Positions 58,006 through 64,000 of a stretch of DNA of 64,000 bases are shown here, piece by piece. Each line of letters begins with the position of its first letter. Positions within the stretch are counted from its first letter, which is position 1. This stretch comes from a virus. The stretch spans positions 15,804-79,803 of IMG/VR virus record IMGVR_UViG_3300017963_000242, one strand, 5' to 3'. The notes beneath the pieces were generated by a model that made no database searches, was not told the DNA's origin, and saw nothing but the letters and a program-made list of their open reading frames with translations. The translations under genes were made by a program, and so were the position numbers.

Positions 58006-60422
58006 ACTACCAAGACTTTTTGGCAAGTAAGCAACAATACGGTGCTCAGTCTGGATTCAAGCCTGTGTTTATGTCTGAATCTCTGTACGATTTCCAGACA
58101 TACCTCGTTGACTGGGCTGTTCGACTTGGACGCGCTGCGATATTCGCGGACTGCGGGCTAGGCAAAGGCCAACCGATGAACGCGGGAGTTCTCACTCCTA
58201 CAGGTTGGCGCAGGATGGGCAACCTTGAGATAGGAGATTCGGTCATCGCCAGCAACGGACAATCCTATCCGGTCACGGGTATCTATCCGCGCGGAGAGCA
58301 GCTGACCTATACAATCCGCTTTTCTGATAACACATCCCTCACGGTCGATGCAGACCATTTGTGGTTCGTCAAGAGCTTTAACGATAAAGCGCGTGGTAGT
58401 CCGTGGCGCGTAATAGCGACAAAGGATCTGGTCAAAACCCCGCTCAAGTATGGCATTCACGGCCAGTCTAGAACGTGGCACATTCCGCTCGTTGAGCCAG
58501 TTCAGTTTGAACTTATCCAAGATGACTTTGTGATTGATCCTTATTTGATGGGACTTTTGCTTGGTGACGGCACCATCTCGGGGGGTGGCATACAGATCAG
58601 TACGCCAGACGAAGAGATCGTTGAGTCCGTACAGCGACTTATCCCAGAGACATATACCATCAAAAAGGTCAAGGGAAGCGACTACGATTACTCCATCACA
58701 AAGGGGCGCGGTTACAAGAACGAGTTATTGAACGAACTGAGACGGCTCAAGCTGTACGGTGCTCATTCGTATGAAAAGTTTATCCCCCGATGCTATCTTT
58801 TTGCATCGGTTAAAGACCGCCTATCCATTCTCCAAGGTCTAATGGACACGGACGGATATGCGGGTGAATCACCAGAATACTCCAGCTCGTCCCTATGTCT
58901 GGCACAAGGAGTAGTATTTCTGGTACAATCGCTTGGCGGCACGGCACGCATCGGCGTCAAGGAAAATCCAACCTACACATATAAAGGGCAAAAGCTCACT
59001 GGTCGAACGTCCTACCGTGTCACAATGACCTTGCCCGCTGGTATTAAATTGTTCCGCCTGGCACGGAAAGCCAATAATTATCACGCGGCGACTCGCGGTC
59101 TAGGTCGCTGGATTGACAGCATTGATGAAAACAATAGACAGCCAACTCAGTGCATCTCGGTCGCGTCGCCAGACGAAAGCTATGTAACCGAGCACTTTAT
59201 TGTCACTCACAACACGCCGATGCAGTTGACCTGGGCACAGAACATTGTGCAATACACAAACAAGCCGGTCCTGGTCCTCGCGCCCCTGGCGGTCACGGGC
59301 CAGACACTCGACGAGGCCACCAAGTTCGATATAGCCGCCCAGCGCGCCGACCCCGATTCCGATAGCGCCACAGCTATCATTGAAATCACGAATTATGAAA
59401 AGTTGCACCTGTTCGATCCTCGTCGATATGGCGGCATCGTATGCGACGAGAGCAGTATACTCAAAAACTTTAATGGAAAACGTCGCAAAGAAATCACCGA
59501 GTTTATGCGCACGCTGCCCTATCGCCTACTGTGTACGGCTACAGCAGCGCCGAATGACTGGGTAGAGTTAGGCACATCCAGCGAGGCCCTGGGCTACTTG
59601 GGTGAACGCGATATGAAAACGCGCTTCTTCTCACGCAAGGCGATCTATGCACGAGAGAATGCTGGTCGCAAGGAATGGAACCTTAGACTGTGGGCAGAGC
59701 AAGGTCCGTTTTGGCAATGGCTCTCTACCTGGGCTAGGACCGCCCGCAAGCCGTCAGACTTGGGCTTTGATGATAACGGATTCATTTTGCCACCGATTAA
59801 GGCCAACCACATCAAAGTGGATGCCGTTCTCCCCACGCCAGGAATGCTATTCGATGTACCCGCCGTCTCATTCCACGAGGAACGAGAGGCGATTCGCCGC
59901 ACAATCCAAGAACGGTGTGAAGCCGCTGCCCAAACCGTGGCCGACAACGGCGCAACATCTATGGTCTGGTGCAACCTGAACGACGAAGGCGACCTACTCG
60001 AAAAGCTGATCCCCGGATCCGTCCAAGTTGCCGGTCGGCACTCTGACGAGAAAAAAGAGGAAGCGGCGCGGTGGTTTGTCCACGGTACAGACGAACGGCG
60101 TGTTCTGATTAGCAAGCCGTCTATTTTTGGTTTCGGCCTGAACTTCCAGCACTGCCAACACATGACATATTTTCCGACTTGGAGCTACGAAAAATACTAT
60201 CAGGCCAGCCGCCGCCTGTGGCGGTTCGGACAAACCCAACCGGTCGAGATTGACTTGATCTATACAGATGGCGGGAAGCGAATGCTTGCCGGAATCGAGA
60301 GAAAGGAACAACGCGCAACTGAGATGTTCGAAAACCTTGTGCAGCACATGAACCACGCGCTGCACATCAAAGAAACCTATCAAACACAGAAAGTGAAGGT
60401 GCCTCAATGGATGAAAAAGTGA
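58002..60422 (+). CDS. SF2 (SNF2-like) helicase containing an intein
   Basis: ADCGLGK/T, ITNYE, CDESS, TAT, GFGLNFQ, RLWRFGQ. Confidence 0.9.
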   Translation: MNYQDFLASKQQYGAQSGFKPVFMSESLYDFQTYLVDWAVRLGRAAIFADCGLGKGQPMNAGVLTPTGWRRMGNLEIGDSVIASNGQSYPVTGIYPRGEQLTYTIRFSDNTSLTVDADHLWFVKSFNDKARGSPWRVIATKDLVKTPLKYGIHGQSRTWHIPLVEPVQFELIQDDFVIDPYLMGLLLGDGTISGGGIQISTPDEEIVESVQRLIPETYTIKKVKGSDYDYSITKGRGYKNELLNELRRLKLYGAHSYEKFIPRCYLFASVKDRLSILQGLMDTDGYAGESPEYSSSSLCLAQGVVFLVQSLGGTARIGVKENPTYTYKGQKLTGRTSYRVTMTLPAGIKLFRLARKANNYHAATRGLGRWIDSIDENNRQPTQCISVASPDESYVTEHFIVTHNTPMQLTWAQNIVQYTNKPVLVLAPLAVTGQTLDEATKFDIAAQRADPDSDSATAIIEITNYEKLHLFDPRRYGGIVCDESSILKNFNGKRRKEITEFMRTLPYRLLCTATAAPNDWVELGTSSEALGYLGERDMKTRFFSRKAIYARENAGRKEWNLRLWAEQGPFWQWLSTWARTARKPSDLGFDDNGFILPPIKANHIKVDAVLPTPGMLFDVPAVSFHEEREAIRRTIQERCEAAAQTVADNGATSMVWCNLNDEGDLLEKLIPGSVQVAGRHSDEKKEEAARWFVHGTDERRVLISKPSIFGFGLNFQHCQHMTYFPTWSYEKYYQASRRLWRFGQTQPVEIDLIYTDGGKRMLAGIERKEQRATEMFENLVQHMNHALHIKETYQTQKVKVPQWMKK
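58167..59213 (+). mobile_element. Class 3 intein with LAGLIDADG homing endonuclease (349 aa)
   Basis: Inserted in Walker A GK|T; GQPMNAGVLTPTGW, DHLW, LGDG, GLMDTDG, TQCISV, YVT...THN|T. Confidence 0.9.
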
Positions 60423-61417
60423 CACAAGTTGTGACCGAAAACTACGGTCTATACCAAGGCGATTGTCTCGAAGTAATGCCGCAGTTTCCAAGCGAAAGCG
60501 TACACTTTAGCGTTTACTCTCCTCCGTTTTCTGGATTATATCATTACAGTAGCAGCGCCCGCGACCTGTCCAACTGCCGTAGCTATGATGAGTTTATGCA
60601 GCACTATCGGTTCGTCGTCGAGCAGGTACACCGGCTCACCCTACCAGGGCGATGCACCGCCGTGCATTGCATGGACATCCCGCAGGGCAACACCGGGACG
60701 GGGATGGACCACCTGCAAGATTTCCCTGGCGACATCATCCGCTTGCACGCCGACATCGGATTCCGCTACATCGCCCGCTATTGCGTGTGGAAAGAGCCGC
60801 TCGGTGTTCGCAACCGCACGATGGCAAAGAAGTTGGCCCATGATACCATCGTCAAGGATTCAAGCAAGTGCGGTGTAGCCAGCGCCGACTACCTACTCGT
60901 ATTCAGAAAAGACGGCGAGAACACTATCCCTATTTCGCACCCGGTCGGCCTGTTGGAATACGCAGGCGAGAGGCAGATACCTGCGGACTTGATGCGATAC
61001 CGTGGCTGGCAAGGCAACCAGATTGAGAACAGATATTCACACTGGATTTGGAGACAGTACGCTTCTGCCTTTTGGGACGATGTGCGCATTGACCGAGTGC
61101 TGCCCTACCAAGCTGCCAGAGACCCTGAAGATGAGAAACACGTCCACCCGCTCCAATTGGATGTTATCGAGCGTGCTGTGGTCCTATGGTCCAACCCCGG
61201 CGAAGTCGTCTTTACTCCGTTCATGGGTGTTGGCTCTGAGGTTTTTGGAGCAGTTCAAAATAACCGCTTTGGCCTTGGCGTTGAGCTAAAACCGACCTAC
61301 TTTCGTCAGGCTGTAAAGAACCTGGAAGCCGTGGACATCAAAGAACCGGAATCGCTGACGCTGTTCGATATGTCGGATCCAAATCTGTTTGTCGGTCCAG
61401 ACAGAGGTTCATGTTAG
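60407..61417 (+). CDS. DNA methyltransferase (N4C/N6A, beta class)
   Basis: YSPPF catalytic motif; HVHP; TPFMGVGSE SAM-binding motif. Confidence 0.9.
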   Translation: MDEKVTQVVTENYGLYQGDCLEVMPQFPSESVHFSVYSPPFSGLYHYSSSARDLSNCRSYDEFMQHYRFVVEQVHRLTLPGRCTAVHCMDIPQGNTGTGMDHLQDFPGDIIRLHADIGFRYIARYCVWKEPLGVRNRTMAKKLAHDTIVKDSSKCGVASADYLLVFRKDGENTIPISHPVGLLEYAGERQIPADLMRYRGWQGNQIENRYSHWIWRQYASAFWDDVRIDRVLPYQAARDPEDEKHVHPLQLDVIERAVVLWSNPGEVVFTPFMGVGSEVFGAVQNNRFGLGVELKPTYFRQAVKNLEAVDIKEPESLTLFDMSDPNLFVGPDRGSC

Positions 61418-61477
61418 CAAGGCCAGTTATGCACAAATGATTGAAAATGCCTATGCGCCAACCGATGATGTTCAGTC

Positions 61478-61675
61478 TTGACAAATTGAGATGGATAGTA
61501 TATAATGGGTTTAATTAGTACCGTGAGGTACGGGACTTGTCCCCGCAGGTCCGGTTCGCGCAAATAACCCAAGAACCGCTTTCTTTGAGAAAGCTGGTAA
61601 GCTGTAGGTGTTTTTGGGTTACTTGCCGCCTACCAGCCGGGGACCAGCTTTCTCAAGGCAAGCGGTTTTTGTTTT
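61478..61675 (+). promoter_or_regulatory. Promoter plus attenuator-like structured leader
   Basis: TTGACA-17-TATAAT; hairpin 61574-61667 followed by a T-tract. Confidence 0.7.
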
Positions 61676-61703
61676 ATGGCGGCATCGCCAAAGGGCTATA
61701 ACA

Positions 61704-62876
61704 ATGACTGACACATATAAATCTTTCGGTGGCTTTTCAGACCCAACACAGAACTGGAGCAGGCTACCACACCAACTGATAGGTGCACTGCCGCTTGTCA
61801 GTAGTCTTGGAGAGATGAAGGTCATTCTCTATGTCTTGCGTCACACTTGGGGCTTTCACGACAATGACAAAAGAATCAGCACCGACGAGTTCTGTAACGG
61901 GCGCAAGCACTCATTTCGTTACAAACAAAAGCACCCTGACGAATCTGACCGGCTAGATAAAGGAACCGGAATGAGCAAGGCAGCTGTCCTTCGCGGTATC
62001 GAGCGTGCCGTTGAACACGGATTCATTATTGTAGAGACCGACGATAGCGACAGAGGTCGGATCAAAAAGTATTATCGGTTGACCCAGCCAAGTGACTTTC
62101 ACCCAGATGTCTCGAAACGAGACATGTCTCAAAATGAGACACCTAAAACTACAAAACAAGACTCCACCGACCCTGAAACAATACACCAATCAAAGAAAGA
62201 AACTATAGAAAGAAACCAAGAAAAAGAACCGCCGTTGGCGGCTATCCCTTCCGGTCCTTCTTCTGACCTTGACGACCAACAAGCTGGCATCACTGATGTT
62301 CCCGAACCTGATGCACCTGACGACATTGCAGAAACAGAAGCGATGTTCAAGACGCCGCCGCCACGAGAGAAACGCACAGCCGAACAGGCCAAGGCGGGTA
62401 TCGGTCGCGCCATACGGACCTTTGAAAAGAACGGTGGTCGCGCTGGGGTTGCAGACCCTACTCAAACCTGTAACCCTTTCCTGGAAGCCGTTGACGAGTT
62501 CTACCACCGATTCAAACCTGGCTTGGAAAATGCCCAGCATCTCGACGCCAAAACGCGAACCAATTGTGCTAGACAAATCGAAAAACTATCCAAGGCTGGT
62601 GCTAAAAACCTTGGATTGAGCACAGCAGACCTAGCTCAACGCGCCTTTGAATTAATGGAGCCACTGTCTATAATGGAAAAGTGGTTAATCAAATCTTCTA
62701 CGTCTCCATTTATGAGTAGTTGGGAAGAGGCATTCAAAACGCTGATGGCTGTTGGGCCTACGGTTGCCCGAACATACGTGCGAGAAGATGACCAAAGGAA
62801 AGGTGGCCCATCGACGGCGCGCAATGAACCAAACTCTGACGGATTCCGCACTGTACCGAAGGGGCGCATTCGATGA
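61704..62876 (+). CDS. Phage replication initiator (lambda O-like wHTH N-terminus)
   Basis: EMKVILYVLRHTWGF...IS...TGMSK..V...I; upstream of DnaB. Confidence 0.75.
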   Translation: MTDTYKSFGGFSDPTQNWSRLPHQLIGALPLVSSLGEMKVILYVLRHTWGFHDNDKRISTDEFCNGRKHSFRYKQKHPDESDRLDKGTGMSKAAVLRGIERAVEHGFIIVETDDSDRGRIKKYYRLTQPSDFHPDVSKRDMSQNETPKTTKQDSTDPETIHQSKKETIERNQEKEPPLAAIPSGPSSDLDDQQAGITDVPEPDAPDDIAETEAMFKTPPPREKRTAEQAKAGIGRAIRTFEKNGGRAGVADPTQTCNPFLEAVDEFYHRFKPGLENAQHLDAKTRTNCARQIEKLSKAGAKNLGLSTADLAQRAFELMEPLSIMEKWLIKSSTSPFMSSWEEAFKTLMAVGPTVARTYVREDDQRKGGPSTARNEPNSDGFRTVPKGRIR

Positions 62877-63859
62877 CATCTAAATCACAGTCCCAGCCGT
62901 TCGATTTTCATCATTTCCTTCATAAGCCTGATGACCAGTCGTCTGAGTTTTTGAGATGGGCAGAAGGAATCAAGGATTCGCCTGGTATTCCGTTTGGTAT
63001 TGGCGCGGTAGACGAAAGAGTCCTGCCGCTGCGAAAGGGAACAGAGACGATTTTGCTTGGACGCCCAGGTATGTGCAAAACCAGCGTGCTCCTGTCTCTG
63101 GCAAAAAAGGAAAGCGAGCGCATTGTACGTGATGGAAAGTGGGACAAACAAGCCGTGGTGTATGTGTCCTATGAACAGACCGCTGAAGAACTGAGCGCGA
63201 TTTTACAGTCTGACCTTTCGCTAGAATCTCTGGTTCGCGGTACGGCCAAGCCCGCAGATATTCGACGCACCGCCTGGCCGATGAGCAGGCGCGGGTTATG
63301 GATTGTCGGACACGGACTAGGGCGGACAAACTCCAAAGCGCCGCGCCTTACGCCTGAAAACGTGTGGCGCACAATTCGTGTTATTCAAGAAGAGTATGGT
63401 CGAGAAATAACGCTTCTCTGCTTTGACTATCTGCAACTCGTTCCAGTCGAGCACACTAGAGACCGCGTGCAAGCTGTGACGGAAGTCCCTATTCGCGTTA
63501 AGGAACTGGCAATGTCTGTTGGTTGTCCAGTCATTCTTGCAGCACAGGCATCCCGCGCTGTGGACTCTTACAAATGGCCGATTCCAACACTTGGCGATTG
63601 TCAGTGGGGATCTAGCATAGAGCAGGCGGCTGACTTGGTTCTCGCTCTATGGCGACCCTGGAACACCTACGGCCCAACAAGCGAGCTAGTTCCTGTTGGC
63701 GATTCGCAATTTCCTGTCACTGACAAGCTGCTGGTAATGAGAATGTTGAAACAGCGATTTCAGTCTGGATTTCACACCTGGGCATTATCGTTTGATCCAG
63801 AAACTCTCGACATGCGACATATGGCTGTTCAAAAAGAACCTATTTCCGAAGACTGGTAA
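62873..63859 (+). CDS. DnaB-like replicative helicase (C-terminal domain)
   Basis: GRPGMCKT, SYEQ, FDYLQL, AQASR, IEQAAD, KQR. Confidence 0.9.
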   Translation: MTSKSQSQPFDFHHFLHKPDDQSSEFLRWAEGIKDSPGIPFGIGAVDERVLPLRKGTETILLGRPGMCKTSVLLSLAKKESERIVRDGKWDKQAVVYVSYEQTAEELSAILQSDLSLESLVRGTAKPADIRRTAWPMSRRGLWIVGHGLGRTNSKAPRLTPENVWRTIRVIQEEYGREITLLCFDYLQLVPVEHTRDRVQAVTEVPIRVKELAMSVGCPVILAAQASRAVDSYKWPIPTLGDCQWGSSIEQAADLVLALWRPWNTYGPTSELVPVGDSQFPVTDKLLVMRMLKQRFQSGFHTWALSFDPETLDMRHMAVQKEPISEDW

Positions 63860-63877
63860 ATAGAAAGGAAGGCTCCT

Positions 63878-64000
63878 GTGACATCCTCTCCCCTCTAAAG
63901 AGGGGAGCTTCTACCGACTGACGCATCAGCGTCAGAGCACTTTAAGGTAAGGACCTGTCCGGCCCTATTGAGAATATTCCTAGCGGCATTGACATCTCGA
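63878..64000 (-). mobile_element. Right end of an IS200/IS605-type element
   Basis: Subterminal hairpin CTCCCCTC TTTA GAGGGGAG then AGGATGTCAC on the minus strand, following a TnpB C-terminus. Confidence 0.8.
63895..63999 (-). CDS. tnpB: TnpB C-terminus (partial)
   Basis: Manual translation RDVNAARNILNRAGQVLTLKCSDADASVGRSSPL*, containing the RuvC-III D.NAA.NI motif. Confidence 0.8.
   Translation of the reverse strand, partial: RDVNAARNILNRAGQVLTLKCSDADASVGRSSPL

Noticed and set aside
1-64000. Genome-wide stop-codon recoding
   Set aside because: Only one in-frame TAG interruption was seen; long genes are intact under code 11 and TAG serves as a real stop.
1-64000. Integrase, att sites, tRNA genes
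   Set aside because: None recognised in this window, so lifestyle and prophage status are undetermined.

Overview
This window is 64 kb of a tailed dsDNA phage (siphovirus-type; phage or prophage, with no integrase seen). The host is plausibly a Chloroflexota/Anaerolineae bacterium, inferred from the lysin-like ORF at the left edge. Positions 1-43.5 kb are a minus-strand morphogenesis arm: ParB/TGT-like fusion and QueT, terminases, portal, MuF, protease, capsid, head-tail and tail genes, and a lysin. Positions 43.9-63.9 kb are a plus-strand early/replication arm driven by near-consensus sigma70 promoters: RusA, intein-containing SF2 helicase, DNA methyltransferase, replication initiator and DnaB. 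The window ends in the right end of an IS200/IS605-type tnpB element. Most unusual features: (1) three head-module proteins share a short KGPG(K/R)GW(H/W)GP..GTHG peptide, each placed directly before a different effector-like domain (ADP-ribosyltransferase, JAB-like protease fused to the portal, putative RNase); (2) a ~10 kb glycan-synthesis cluster (glycosyl-, sulfo- and methyltransferases, UDP-sugar dehydrogenase) sits inside the tail operon; (3) a complete array-less type IV-B CRISPR-Cas operon; (4) a QueT transporter paired with a TGT/DpdA-like domain; (5) a 34-bp dispersed repeat and attenuator-like leaders. All family assignments come from motif recognition by eye; no database searches were run.
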